This document shows, one piece after another, positions 1-14,848 of a DNA stretch of 64,000 bases (position 1 is its first letter; each line of letters starts with the position of its first letter). The DNA is from Chrysomallon squamiferum (taxonomy: Eukaryota > Animalia > Mollusca), in assembly GCA_012295275.1 (NCBI GenBank), contig CM022679.1:29202001-29266000 (forward strand), in the 5' to 3' direction. The position numbers and the translations under genes were made by a program. The notes beneath the pieces are model-generated. The model saw only the letters and a list, made by a program, of their open reading frames with translations, did not search any database and was not told where the DNA came from.

Positions 1-917
1 ACTAATATTTCACTTCATACTTTCACAACATTAATATTTACTAATATTTCACATACTACTTTCACAACATCAATATTTACTAATATTTCACATACTACTT
101 TCACATTAATATTTACTAATATTTCACATACTACTTTGACAACATTAATATTTACTAATATTTCACATACTACTTTCACAACATTAATATTTACTAATAT
201 TTCACATACTACTTTCACAAGATTAACATTTACTAATATTTCACATACTACTTTCACATTAATATTTACTAATATTTCACATACTACTTTCACAACATTA
301 ATATTTACTAATATTTCACATACTACTTTGACAACATTAATATTTACTAATATTTCACATACTACTTTCACAACATTAATATTTACTAATATTTCACATA
401 CTACTTTCACAACATTAATATTTACTAATATTTCACATACTACTTTCACAAGATTAACATTTACTAATATTTCACATACTACTTTTTAATATTTACTAAT
501 ATTTCACATACTACTTTTTTTAATTTTACTAATATTTCACATACTACTTTGACAACATTAATATTTACTAATATTTCACATACTACTTTGACAACATTAA
601 TATTTACTAATATTTCACATACTACTTTGACAACATTATATTTATTTACTTTGACAACATTAATATTTACTAATATTTCACATACTACTTTCACAACATT
701 AATATTTACTAATATTTCACATACTACTTTCACAAGATTAACATTTACTAATATTTCACATACTACTTTGACAACATTAATATTTACTAATATTTCACAT
801 ACTACTTTCACAAGATTAACATTTACTAATATTTCACATACTACTTTCACAACATCAATATTTACTAATATTTCACTTCATACTTTCACAACATCAATAT
901 TTACTAATATTTCACAT
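1..917. repeat. 39-bp minisatellite (ACTAATATTTCACATACTACTTTCACAACATTAATATTT), about 24 copies, truncated by the window edge
   Basis: Tandem units visible directly. It gives the 13-aa period (VVCEILVNINVVK) in the four ORFs at 15-932. Variants include 36-bp units, TTGAC and AGATTAAC. Confidence 0.97.
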
Positions 918-1924
918 GCCTATTGCAATTAATGTGACACTGTCAGCTTCGAATCCATCACCTGAATCAGGTGTCACTAGCTGAAGTGATCTCCTCGTGT
1001 ACCTGGTGAACTTTGTAGTCCTGCTAAATGAGTTTCTGCCAGTCACTTATTGTCAAGCAGCTGGCTGACGTTAGACATTAAAAGTAGCCATTACATTTGA
1101 CGCTCAGTGGCAGCCAACAGAAACACAATCACTGCCGATTAATTTCACTGCCATTTTGTTTGAGGCAGTCATTAGGAGAAGATTAAAAATTAAGATTGAA
1201 AAATGAAAAGGGATGAAGTTTCACTTACAGGGTTTTTTTAATTTTGATTTAAGCTGCCGTTTGTGAAGTGTCAACAATGAAGAAACAAATAATAATAATA
1301 ATAATAATAATTGTAATACTAATAATAGTAATAATAAAAATATAATAGTAATAATAATAATAGTAATAATAATAATAGTAATAATAATAATAGTAATAGT
1401 AATAATAAAAATACTAATAGTAATAATAATAATAATAATAGTAATAGTAATAATAGTAATAATAATAGTAGTAGTAGTAGTAATAATAATAATAATAATA
1501 AGGAAGGAGGAATGTTATGATAAAATTAATAACAAAAACAATAACAATAAATAACAATAAAAACAATAATGATAACAAAATAACAATAAATAATAACAAA
1601 TATTACCAAAAAAAATCCCAATCATAATAGACAAAATTTTGAAAAATGATTTTCTTAAAATACAAATTAATTCTTTACTGAAAAGTTTACATCCATATTA
1701 AAATACCTACAACATAAAAAACAAAATTAATTTTCTAGTTTTGTGTGAGATCTCAATAGTTTCAGAAATATGATAGTCTAGGAAAATATTAAGGCCACTG
1801 TAAAATAATTCAAGAAATTTCATCTACAAATTTCCTCCCACAAATTTACTTCATTAGCAAAGAAAAAAATATATTAATAATACAAAAAACAAAAAAGAAA
1901 AAAAAAAAAAAAAAAAGGAATAAA

Positions 1925-1955
<31 letters not shown>

Positions 1956-2734
1956 TAATAAAAATAATAATAATAATAATAAATATATTAACAATGTAAC
2001 TATCATGACTTTCATGTCTGTCAATTATGGGCTACATAAAAATCAAATGGATGAAAAACAAATATTTAATTTACAACAGCCTTACACTGGTGATTTATTT
2101 TCTTAATGCACTAAGAAATGTTTGTCCAGAAACAACACCATGAAGATTAATTTTTCAGCAGACAGGAAAACTTTCACATTCGCATTGAGAACTCACCAAA
2201 CAGCCATCCCCAGCACACATTATTGTGTTACAACCGTGTTTGTGCAGCATCTAGAATTATTACTTCTCCGACACACACTCTGCCATCAGTAGTAATGAAT
2301 TAGTCTGGTTTTAGACACCAAAAGTTATTGGTAAATTAAAGGGAATCACTCAGTCTTGATTATGAAAGTGGAGTAGTCGTGTGATTGTTTCTAATGAATG
2401 GAAAAAGTTATTTTTTATTTTTTATTATTATTATTATTATTTTTTTTTTTTTTGAGATATGGTTTCAGACTTGTGTAATTTAATGAAAGTTTTTTAAACA
2501 AAGGAAACAAAAAAGATATTTATTTATTTATTAAAGGGAGTCTGTCTGTGTTTGTAATTTTTGGCAGTGTTTTAAAATTAATTAAAACATTTGTTTCAGT
2601 TATCTCTCACTAAGTTTTGTTTATTCATTTACTGACATACCCATTATTTTAAACAAAGGTTTAATTTCTATTATTATTATAATTTTTTTGGTTCATTTAT
2701 GGCTTTTTTTCTTTATTACCTTTCAAAATTTAAC

Positions 2735-2772
<38 letters not shown>

Positions 2773-4146
2773 AAGTAAATGAAATCAAAATCAAAACAAA
2801 AATCAAAATACAATAAAAGAAAAAAAAAAAACCCCACCACATTTTACAATAAACTTTATATTTGTTTTCAATGCAACTGAGCCACCTATCATTTCATCTT
2901 ATAAAAAATGTATTTTCTAAGACAGGATTACCAAGTGCAAACAATTTACTAATCCATCACATCACAGCAGTCATATTGATTTTGTCATAATCTCTTGTTT
3001 TCCTCCAACTTCAAAGAAGCACCTCACAAATCCAGTGAACCAATCATCAATGCATGTAACTAACTCTATTCATGTTGGAAATAATAAAATAAATTTTCAT
3101 GCATTGTATGCTAAGTCATTTCTTTTTCAAGTTTATCTGCTTTTGTGAAATCTTTATATATTTTTTTATTCTTATTTTTTTTTATTATCAAGCCTGCTTA
3201 GAAAGACCAGCTGAAAAACCAAACACAGCTACACCTACACAATCATGACAGGTTTTAATTAAATCTTTTTAAAAAGTTTTCTGTGTAAATTAAATTTATA
3301 TATACATATATATACATTGTATTTGGATACATTGTGTTTAAATTATAAATGTAATTGATGTGTTTTTGGATGAAATCCTGCTACTGGCCGATTTAAATAT
3401 TGATTTCTTATGTTAAGTGAACTGAAACAAATGCAAGACCAATGGTTAGAATTATCACCTAATAAATCAGAGGTCACAGGATCAAATCTTCCTAATGTCA
3501 TCTTTGGGTTCATTCCTGTTCCAACCTACGTTCAGTCTCATGGCAGTAATGTACCATTACAAAATAACAGAAGTCATGTAACTGTCACATTATTTTTAAC
3601 AAAATAAGCTGAAGTGTCAAAAATTCATTAACTTTAAACCTGTTAATGAATTTAACACAAATATTACAACAAATACAACTCTGCTGTATCAGGATAAGAA
3701 TGCTTCACATTTATATATTTGTGGAATGATACATATAAAAAAAAAAATTAAAATATAAATAAAATAAAAAATCATTCATTTTCTAACAAAGGATTTGATT
3801 TCATGTTTCAGGCCTGGCTAAAAACACAAGAGCCACGGAGAAAATAACAAAAAGTGAAAATAAGCTGAAATGTAAATAACGTAACCATGGCGATCGATAA
3901 CAAAAACGACATCACTGGGTAGGTAATTGTTAGCAGAGTGGTTATTAAAAAGAAGTAGTAATCACACAGACAGAGGTTTGTGGCTGCAGCTAATGACACG
4001 CCCTGCCACGAGTTGAAGCTGTGTTTACTGAGTTGTCTGTTATTAACTCTCCTGGATTAAAGTCAACCAGCGATTTCATCGACTCATCCACGTGTAATTA
4101 ACTTAAAGTGTATTGATCATCATCGATGCAGTTTGTTTGTGTTTGA

Positions 4147-4178
<32 letters not shown>

Positions 4179-5482
4179 TGTTGTGTGTGTGTGTGTGTGT
4201 GTGTGTGTACTGTATGTGTGCACATATGTTCGCATGTATTTATATATGTATTGTAAGTATATAATCTATGTGTGTGTGTGTGTGTGTGTGTTTGTGTGCG
4301 CATTTGAATCTATGTATATAATTATGTATCTGTATGTATATGTATGTATGTATACATATATGTATGATTGTATGTGTATGTCTCTATGTAAATTATTTAG
4401 TAATAAGCATCTTTATATCTTATCTATGTAACAATCATTGCTAACGATGCACTGTGTGTATAGATTAAATGACATTAACGTCAATTAACTGATTTATGTT
4501 GGACAATATAAAATAACAATGTCACAAATGAATGAACTGATGATAATAGTTACAAACATCACTCTGAAGCAAAAGTCAGCATCATGTGACCTGATCATCT
4601 TAAATGTGCCTGAAGTTTCTTCATTTCCTTCTTTTTTTTAAAATTTGATACTTTGTATAATGTTCATTATAAAGTATATTTTAAAATAACAATTTTTTGT
4701 TGAGTGAGATTTCACAATGAAATTATTGTCTTTTTAAGTTAATAAAAGAAAGTATGAGATCTTTTCAAAAGATAGATTTTTTTTTAATAATTTTTCCTAC
4801 TGAATTTAATTTCATATCCAAACAACAACAACAACCAAAAAAACAAACAAAACAAAAAAAAGAAAAAAAAAAAAATTAATAATAATAATAAATAAATAAA
4901 TAAATAAACAAAAATAAAACGTTTGTTGAATTACAATCTTCTATTACTGGTTGTTATCACTACATAGAGTACCTTGTGTTGAAACAGGTCACATTACAGA
5001 CTTGCAGTCCAATCATAACAATGTATTTTACATTAATAATAGATTTTAACTTTTCATCTTCTCCTTTTTTCCTGTTTATTGAACTAATTCTATATCTGGG
5101 TCATGCGAAAGATTTTGAAAAATATCTTCTAAAGAAAAGATTTTTCTTTGAAATAAAACTAAATATCAAAAAAAAAAAAAAAATGTCTTCAGGGAAAGTT
5201 GAGTCATTTATCTGTGTAAAGATAAAACAAAAGTTGCTGTTTTTCCTAAAGGTAACTAAAACTGTGGTTATCTGCTTAGATACACAACTCTACAGATGTA
5301 AAAATTCTTACACAAAAACACATGCAGAAAAAATATCACATAAAAATGTCTTCATGCGTATTTATAAATGTCTGAAAATCATTTATCATGTCTCCCAATA
5401 TACAACATTTGGTCTGCCTCACATTCCTTCTTTTTTCTTCTTTCCATTTCTTTCTTTCATTCTCTTGCAGTATCTCCACTTT

Positions 5483-5583
<101 letters not shown>

Positions 5584-5646
5584 GTCTCTCTCTCTAAGAC
5601 ATACACAAAACAATAACCACAGTGGACTGATGGTGTGTATATTTAC

Positions 5647-5713
5647 CTGTGAACTTTCTATTGTGACGTATTTCCTGTAGAAATCTGCCGAGACTGGTTT
5701 CATCTGATAAAGT
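5647..5713 (-). CDS. UTP6: UTP6 internal coding exon (67 nt, phase 2 to 0): (R)LYQMKPVSADFYRKYVTIESSQ
   Basis: ttcttctgcag|A CTT...CAG|gtaaat, and the phase matches the preceding exon. Resembles human LQESRPFSVDFFRKMIQFEKEQ (recalled). The remaining C-terminal exon(s) were not found and probably lie left of the window. Confidence 0.92.
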
Positions 5714-5813
5714 CTGCAGAAGAAATAAGTTTTGTTTTATGTACAACAATAAACAAAAGTGAAACTAACTAAAAAAACACCCAAAGAGACACACACACAC
5801 ACACACACACACA

Positions 5814-5844
<31 letters not shown>

Positions 5845-6472
5845 ACACATTCTCACATCCACATAAAAACACCCACATACATAGAGAGAGAATGAGAAAG
5901 AGAAAGAGAGAGGGGGAGAGAGAGAGAAAAAAGATAGAGAGGGAGAGAGAGAAAGAAAGACAGAGAGATAGAGATGAACAGAAACAGACATACAGAGAGA
6001 GAGAGAGAGACAAGAAGAGAGAGGAAAAGAACAGTTAAAGCATGAAAGAAGAAAGACAAGAAAGACAGAAGAGAGATGGGGACAGAAAGAGATGAGAAAA
6101 AGAAAGAAATAAAAAACATGTAGATAAAAAAAAGAAATTGAAAGTATCAAAGAAAGATAGAAAAAGATGCACACAGGGAAATTTGATTTTATTGGAATTC
6201 AATGATTGACACAGAATTCTAAAAAACACTTTCTATATAGAGAATTAATAATATGTTTAGTTCGTTATCTCTCATTATGTGGTAAATTGCTCCCATATGT
6301 AATTATTAAATACAGACATATAATCAAGAAAATCAGGTAAGTATGAAAGGTCTTTGTTAAACAACACAATTACACACACAAACACAATCTGAAATGTCAG
6401 ATCTGTACTAAAGGTTATTTTGCAATGTAGGGCAAAATATGATGAGGTCATTAGAAAATGCAAGTACGATTT

Positions 6473-6762
6473 AATCAGAGATAAAATAAAATAACAAAAC
6501 TCAGAGGTTTAATAACAGTTCTGGTATGTACTACCCTGTCATTATAAAAGCATTAACTAGAAACAAAACCATATGTAAATCGCAATGATTTAATAGCTGT
6601 GGGTACGTGTTATGATATTATTTGAAACCATCTAAGAATTAATTAGAGATAAAATGAAATAACAAAATACAGTGGTTTAATAATAGTTATGATATTTACT
6701 ACCCTGTCATAAATTTATTATAAAAGAACTAACAAGTAACAAAACAGTTGTAAATGGCAGTC
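6473..6762. repeat. Diverged local duplication, two copies with about 168-bp offset, next to the donor of exon 6811-6917
   Basis: AGAGATAAAAT-AAATAACAAAA...GGTTTAATAA...TACTACCCTGTCAT...AACAAAAC...TGTAAAT occurs at about 6473-6590 and 6641-6762. Confidence 0.85.
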
Positions 6763-6810
6763 ATGTGATAGATAGAGTGTGTGTTGTTTGTTTAGGTAAA
6801 ATTAGTTTAC

Positions 6811-6917
6811 CTGTTGTAGAGTTTTCGTGCTTGGTGGATGCCCTGAGTCAGGTAAGTCCACTGCAGGTACAGTTCTTTAGCTGGCTGGCTCACCTCCCTG
6901 CACTTAGTTATAGAGTT
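6811..6917 (-). CDS. UTP6: UTP6 internal coding exon (107 nt, phase 0 to 2): NSITKCREVSQPAKELYLQWTYLTQGIHQARKLYN(R)
   Basis: ttattaacag|AAC...AAC AG|gtaaac. Strong resemblance to human SVTLKNKYLDWAYRSGGYKKARAVFKS (recalled). Not in the ORF track. Confidence 0.92.
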
Positions 6918-7030
6918 CTGTTAATAAATAAACAGATAAATAAAAAAATAAAAAAATAAATAAATAAATAAATAATATAAAAAAAAATAATAATAATAAT
7001 ACATAAAAATAAAATAAAAAAAATAATGAA

Positions 7031-7064
<34 letters not shown>

Positions 7065-7261
7065 AAATAAATAATGAAATAAAAAAAAAATAAATTAAAA
7101 AAAAAATTAAAAACAATAAAATAAAATAAAATAAAATGAAATAAAATAAACAAACAAACAAAGAAGAAATAAAAGATTAAAACACATGCGTGTAACGAAA
7201 GCATTAACGCAGTGAATTACACGAAGGATAAGAGAACTACAAGAGATGTGAGACAACAAAC

Positions 7262-7339
7262 CTCAAACAGCTGCTCCAGACCACTGGACCTGGCTGCGAC
7301 ACAGTAATCAAACATCACCTGCCACACCGGCCAGCTTTC
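7262..7339 (-). CDS. UTP6: UTP6 internal coding exon (78 nt, phase 0 to 0): ESWPVWQVMFDYCVAARSSGLEQLFE
   Basis: gttgttattcag|GAA...GAG|gtttgt, inside ORF 7217..7453(-). Resembles human VCLPLWISWAEWSEGAKSQEDTEAVFK (recalled). Confidence 0.85.
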
Positions 7340-7370
7340 CTGAATAACAACAACAACAACGATGATGATT

Positions 7371-7423
<53 letters not shown>

Positions 7424-7505
7424 AGTAATAGTGATAATAATACTATTACACACATCATTGCTCAGTACGAATGTTCACACAGATAGGAACACGTGGTAAA
7501 TCATG

Positions 7506-7534
7506 TGGAGCACAGGTTGGATTGGGAAATAGGA
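7506..7534 (+). repeat. Left arm of a 29-bp inverted repeat (partner 18453-18481)
   Basis: TGGAGCACAGGTTGGATTGGGAAATAGGA versus the reverse complement of the partner, TGGAGCAGAGGCTGGATTGGGAAATAGGA: 27/29 identical. Confidence 0.9.
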
Positions 7535-7657
7535 CATTATAATGAATTGATCCTGAAGACTGCAGCACTTGAGAGAAATACTTACATTGCTAGGTTCTAA
7601 AATAATAGTAATAATAACATAAATGTATTAATAAATAAATAAATAAATAATAGTAGT

Positions 7658-7722
<65 letters not shown>

Positions 7723-8807
7723 GTATCCTGATCTTTTTTCTTAAGGAATTAAACAATCTTTGTATACACAAGTAAGAAAACAATGAGTAGGAGATGGACC
7801 AGACATAAACTTCTACAAGCTATATTTAGTACAGACACATGTTTAAGTATGATCTGCATGGTCCACATGAAGTAGCTGAAGTAGTTGAAGTAGTTGAAGT
7901 AGGTGACCAAGTATGGATACAATGACGATGTAGAAAGCAGGATAAACACTTTCACTGTGAATTGTATTCACAGTGAAACCTTAATCATATCTTTATATGT
8001 GTTTTAATACAAACTTATTACTGATAATATCTTTATACGTGTTTTTAAAACATCTGTATAAATATGTGTTTTCATTTTAATAACAAAAGTTAAAAAACCA
8101 CTCACACCAAAAGCAACAAGATTTAAAATAATCAGATACACAATGAAAATGATTTTAATAATAAAAAAATATTATGTTATCATCATATGACAGCTGTTGG
8201 GTAGTAATTAGTGTATTTATATAATTGCACTTATTATTTTACATATTTCAATAAAGAACCAAGAAATAAAAATAAAAATAATAAACGACAAACTAAAACA
8301 AAAATAGCCAATAAATTTCTATCTTCAATTTTAATAACGACATCTTTTGTTTAACCTTTCTTTTAAATGCATTCACACATATGAAGATATAAAAATGAAA
8401 ACTTTTCATTTCATTTATTCTCTCTTTATGTTTTTCTGTTCCTTTCAGATACATGTCGACACACACACACACACTCTTACACTGACCCCTCCTTATCATA
8501 ACACCCTCCAGCCTCCTGTCTGTGTATAAAAATTAATTCTAATTATCAGCTGACAAAAGCAAAGACCCAGGAGAGGGAAACTTGAACAACTGCAGACTTG
8601 TGAAATTACCTAATAAACCATTACCCTTCCCCCTCTTCCATCTAACAGGATATATATCCCACAATGCAGCAGAGCCAATCAGAGATAAACAGCCTCAGGC
8701 AAGTCGTGCTTTGACCAGTGTGAGCGAGAGTACTTGTGTAAGCTTTGATATTCACCTCATTAATTAGAACGGCTTGTGGCAAGATGATCACTGTTGCTGA
8801 TAACCAT

Positions 8808-8905
8808 CTTGTTTTCACAGAGAGGACTGCCGCCGACACTTGTTTTCAATAGAGAGGACTGCTGCTCTGAGTAAGGCTTGTCTTTCATAGAGAGGACTGC
8901 CGCTC
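8808..8905. repeat. Three-copy short tandem repeat, core CTTGTTTTCA(C/T)AGAGAGGACTGCCGC
   Basis: Copies start at about 8808, 8839 and 8877. Confidence 0.85.
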
Positions 8906-8964
8906 TATGTATCATTTGGGCTTTTAAGAAATGAAAGGAACAGGTGTGATCCATTGTGTGTGTT

Positions 8965-9007
<43 letters not shown>

Positions 9008-9361
9008 CTGTGTGAGTGTGTGTGTATGTGTGTATGTGTATGTGTGTGAGTGTCTGGGAGGGTATATGTGTATATATGTATATGTTGGTATGTGTGTTTA
9101 TGTATGTGTATGCATGTTTCTGTACATGTGTGAATGACACATTTTGACATTACTGTTTCTTTGAATCTCTATATAGGTGTATGACAGTACAAATTCAGCT
9201 TGTATACATTTTATTTCTCTCTTATGAATAATAAAATGAAAACAGATCTATAAAACATTGATCAAGTAACAAACAAAATCACATATTTCTGTACCTGACA
9301 CACTTACTGCACTCATCAATAATATATATATTGATTACAACTTCAATATTGATTTTACACA

Positions 9362-9467
<106 letters not shown>

Positions 9468-10770
9468 ATCTCTCTCTCACACACACACACACACAAACAC
9501 ACAGGCTAACCATATACATATATCACCTTTAAGAAAATTCTGTGAAAGGTACATTATATTAATACTAATATCACAAAAAGAGAAAAACGTGAACAAACAA
9601 ATAAAATGTGGAAAACGTGGTACAGTTTTAACAACTGGACAAGTACCGTGTTTGTGAGGTGGTGTGTATCACTAAATAAAGAGAACACGGCATCCATGCC
9701 GATGGTATGTTCAAAACGGTGTCAAGCCAGTGTAGGTGGAGTATGTACTGACTCTGGTAGGAACACAGTAAACAGCCACTGTGGCTACAAAATGTCTTAT
9801 TAACTGTTTGTGACTTGGCCTGAGAGATGCAGCGAATGTCAGGAGCTGATCCAGAATACTGACTGGGTGAGTGGAGTGTCAGTGAACTGGGATGTCTGGA
9901 GTCAGCAGCAGAAATATGTCTGAAGTGTTAGTTTACACACACGTACATACATACAGAGACACACACACAGACACACACACACAAACATATATAGAAACAC
10001 ACAGACACACACAGACATACACAGACACACACAGACACACACACACACATACAAACACACACAGACATACACACACACACACACTCACAAACATATATAG
10101 ACATACACACAGACAGACAGACACACACACACACTCACCAGCATATATAGATATACACACATACACATACAGATGCACACACACACAAACACAACACATA
10201 CACTTTAAAGTATTTACATTTTATTGTCTATATTCATTAAAGACAATAGGTTTGTTTTAGCATGTGCCTCACATACACACACACAGATTGTATAAACAAA
10301 TCTGATAAAACAAGTAGTCATCATTCATTACCCCCAAAAAAAAGTTATCTAACCATACACTAATTATAATTAACTGTTTAATGCCTTAATTAGTTAAAGG
10401 GACCTAGCTTCCACCTTACTTCTGTTCATCAAAAACGTCTTTGTACAAACTGCTTCATTCATTATCACATAAATGATATCATCAAACATTCTGCCAAAAG
10501 CATACATCGTTGCTGTCACAGAACGTGAAATCTGCACGCAGGAATCTGGCAGAAATGTAAAAAGTCACTGCGAGAAACTGACCTGTCAGAACAGAACAAT
10601 GAAAACAGAGATTAAAAAGAATAATTCCTCCTGTTATTCTGTTGGATGAAGTCAGCCAGCAAACAAATGAATAACCTCGAGGTTGTGAGGGTGTCATGTT
10701 GGCAAACAGCGAAACAAGGAAACAGGCAAAGTGAGGTTTGGTGACATCAGCTGCAATTGTTGTTTTGTGA

Positions 10771-11222
10771 AGTGGTATTTGTTTAACACAAATGATAAAT
10801 AGTTTTAATGAAAATAGTATTTAACACAAATAACAAGAGTTTGAAAGAAAATGGCATAAATAATGAGAGTTTTAAAGAGTTTGTTTACTATGAATATTCA
10901 CAGTTTTAAAGAAAGTAGTATTTTTGGAAACAATTAACAGAGAATTTTGTTTAATATAAATAATAATAGTTTTAAAGAAAATAGTATTTCTTAACATAAA
11001 TAATAAAAACAGTTTTAAACAAAGTAGTATTTATTTAAAATGAATATTCAGTTTTAAAGAATTTTTTTTTAAACAATAAACTTTTTTTTTTTAAAGAAAA
11101 CACTATTTGTTTAACACAAATAATCACACTTTTAAAGAAAATAATATTTGTGTAACATGAATTACCACAAACAGTTTTGAAGAAAGTAGTATTTAACAAG
11201 AAATAAAAACAAACAGTTTTGT
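10771..11222. repeat. Degenerate minisatellite of about 40 bp (AGTATTTGTTTAACACAAATAA..CAGTTTTAAAGAAA)
   Basis: AGTTTTAAAGAAA and TTTAACACAAAT motifs recur roughly a dozen times. Confidence 0.8.
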
Positions 11223-11539
11223 GGATAAAGGCACTGACTCAACACGACGATGCGAGTTGACGTTCATGTCATTACACCAGAGTTGACAACCACGCTGTTA
11301 GCTTGGGCGCAGTCGAGAAAACGCGATGTTTGAGGTTCGGGTGTAAAGATTAACTCAAGTATTTTTCACAATGACTCAAAATTCACCAATTTACAGAATT
11401 AAGTGCCGACCGCGACAACATCATTTCAACTAATGATGGAGACAACATCATGTCTGACCATACAAACATGCCAATCACTGGACACGAAGACATTTTCAAG
11501 TCAAATTTCCTTTACTTTTCATGCTACCCAGCGCTTCTT

Positions 11540-11621
<82 letters not shown>

Positions 11622-12035
11622 CTAATTTAAATTCAGTGAGCAAGCTTCAGCTGGAAGATCTGTTTAAACAAAGCCATTCAAAGGGTGTCGAGGGGCTTAG
11701 AAACCAAAAGGCAGTCCTCTTAATTTGTGTTGTCCAACCAAGTGAGTGAAATTGTTTAAGCAAACACAGCACTGTGTGCTAGCTGTGTGCAGGGTGGGGG
11801 AGAACAGGAGTTGTGTTCCCCCCCAGCACCTCCCTGGACAGGGAAAGGTTGTTGATTCAGAATGGCGATGACAATGGGAAGTTGTGAAGGAATGCAAATG
11901 CGATGTTGTGGAATGCAGCGGAAAAGAAGTAACAAGTAAGTTACTTTCACAGCAAGGGTTGAAACACTCTGCACACAACATGTTTAGTACTTGTTAGAAA
12001 ACAAAGGTATCCTACTCTGTCTTAGAATGATGAAT

Positions 12036-12140
<105 letters not shown>

Positions 12141-12333
12141 ATATAGAGATATAGAAAACAGATATAAAAAAAATGGAAATGATCTAGAAAACAGATAAAA
12201 AAAAAAAAAATGGAACGAGAAAAAGAAAAAAAAAAAAAAAGAATTCAGAAAATGAATTACAAACAATATTTTAACTGAAAACATGTATGACAGAAAAATG
12301 AGACAAATAGAAGAGGCAACAACAGTGGACTTC

Positions 12334-12364
<31 letters not shown>

Positions 12365-12840
12365 ATGATAACTCAAACAAAACCAGTATGTCTTAATAAT
12401 TGAAGTTGGTTGACTGTGAGTTATCAAATTTCTCCTTCGTACCACTTCATCTTTGATCTGCAATATTAACTTATTTCCTTTCTAGGATCAATAAGCAATC
12501 CCACGGTTCAACGAACGCCTCAGCGAACACTGAAAAATCTTTTGTCTGCCTGCGCCAGTACAACGCAGAAGCCTCTGAAGAAAACGGCAGCAGAGCTTTC
12601 TAAAGCTGGTTATCGACAGTTTCAACTCATTGCAGTCTTGTACACATTTCAAGGGCCATTCTGGTTATAATAGCAATATTTGGATAAGAAACCTTTAAAC
12701 GGCTCTCTGGCCACCCTGAAGGACACTCAATTATGTGTTGAAGAAAGAGGTGTAAAAAGGAAGACAGAGAGAAAGAGAAAAATGTTTGATGAAAAGGAAA
12801 AAAAAATGTGCTGTTGTTGATGACAGCTATTGTGGATGGG

Positions 12841-12930
<90 letters not shown>

Positions 12931-14648
12931 GTAGGATAAAGAGAGAAGTGAAAGAAACTGAGTAACAGAAAGAGAGAAAGAATAAAACTGAGAGAGAGAG
13001 AGAAAGAGTGAGAGGTAAAGAGATTGAGACTTAAAAAAAACGACAGAGAGAGAATGAGTGACAGACAGAAAAGCAAGAAAGACATTCAGAGACAGAAACT
13101 GAGAGAAAAAGACAGAGAAATAAAGAGAGGGCAAGAAAAAGAATGAGAGAGAGAGAGTGAGTGAAAGACAGTAACAGAGAGAGAGAGATGAAGAGAAAGA
13201 AAGAAAGAAAATCTGTGAATTCACCGAGATTTACTGAACTGAGTGTTGGAAGAAAAAATCTAAAAAAAGGAGGACGAGAATAGAAACAAAAAATGAACAG
13301 TAAAAGACAGACAGACTCACATTCATCCAGCCAGACAGACAGACAGACAAAATAGAGATATCCGACTGTTGGTCAGTTTTGTTGACAAAGCGCTGAGACC
13401 GGCAGACAGTTTGAACGCTCGGGTCTCTCTCCACAGATCACAAAGCAACAACACTGTGTGCATTAATATCAACATAAATCACATTCATCTGCGAAACACC
13501 GCGTCTGGTAAGAAATATGATGTTTGCTCAACAAATACTTGGCTTAAAACAGCCTTCAAAGGCCTCTCAGAAAGCCAGAACAATTAGCAAGACGCTCATC
13601 AAGGTTTTTTTTATTTATTATGAAAATATCTGCTCACCCTCGGTGCTGATAGAAAAGTGTTTGTGGACGGGATATGAAAAGTAGATTTTGTTTAGAAATT
13701 TTCATCGTCTGACTGTCTTTGTTCACTTCAGCAGGAGAAAATCTTTTGTTTGTGGTCTAAAAGACCGTGTGGGCCAGTGGGAGAGTTTCTCGGGTTAATT
13801 TCAATGCAAGCCGCAATAACACGAAATGTCCCTTCGTATAAATTAACATCAGATTATTGAGTATGTAGCCTGGGACAGGCGAAGAAAAAGAAAATGGCTC
13901 TTTATGTCGTATTTATCTGTAACGTAAATAAAAATGTTTATAGGTACTGTCATGTCAGGGCGATTGCTTAGAAGTAAAAAGGACAAGAGGTGGACTTTTT
14001 TGGAATAATAAACGTTATGTTAATTTATATCAAAGAGTCGCAAAGCTTCAAAGAATTATGGTAAATTCGTGGTCAGCTGGTGCAGAATTAGAAGTACCGA
14101 AATGGTTAATTTTTTTGTTTCGTTATTTCAATGAGAATGTCGTATAATTTATATTTGATAGAAAGAAAAAGTGATATTAAATGACACAAAAGTATGACTT
14201 AAATTGATTAATGAAGGATTTGATGATCTAAAGTGACAGCAAAAAAAAAAAAAAATGCCTGTGTGATATATGAAAGGATGATTAAGAAAGAGGTGAAGAA
14301 AAACCAAAGAAAAAAAGAAAGAAAGAAAGAAATTTAAAGAATGACAGAAGAGAAGGAAAAAGAATGAGAGAAATAAATAAAGAAAGAAAGAATGAAAGAA
14401 AGAAATTGAGAATGACAGGAAACAAAAGAGTACATATACAAAACTGAGAAAAAAACAAAACAAGAAATACAATTGTAATATTCTTCTGTCTGTCTGTTTG
14501 TGTGTCTGTCCATTCCATAATTTATATTCTCATCCATCTTCACAATCAATCAACAACATGTTATTGATAATCTCTCAACCTTCCCAGTTTAGTCTATACA
14601 AAGAACCACAAAAACAATCTCATTTAACACTCATTAAAACATTATCAT

Positions 14649-14848
14649 TGATTGGTTCAAAAGTAAATGAGAATTGATTGGTTGGGGGTGAAGAGAGGTG
14701 ATCACTGATTGGTTCAGGTGATGTAAGAAGATCTCTGATTGGTCAGAATGAGGAGAGATGACAACTGATAGGTCAGAACATCATTAGATATCTGTTTGCC
14801 AAGAGGAAGACAAACAAAGGCAAATCTTGGATCAATATGGCCGCCATT
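14649..14848 (+). promoter_or_regulatory. Promoter-like module: phased inverted CCAAT (NF-Y) boxes plus a YY1-like site
   Basis: ATTGG at 14651, 14677, 14708 and 14738, ATAGG at 14768 (spacing 26/31/30/30), all in TGATTGGT-like context. AATATGGCCGCCATT at 14834-14848. Confidence 0.45.

Noticed and set aside
15-932. Four repetitive ORFs (VVCEILVNINVVK / TTLIFTNISHTTF)
   Set aside because: By-products of a 39-bp tandem repeat, open on both strands, broken by irregular units, and without splice or homology support.
2197-2250. Possible minus-strand exon MLHKHGCNTIMCAGDGCL before a GTGAGT donor
   Set aside because: Does not resemble the expected next UTP6 segment (YERALREFG...DLW), and the acceptor is poor.
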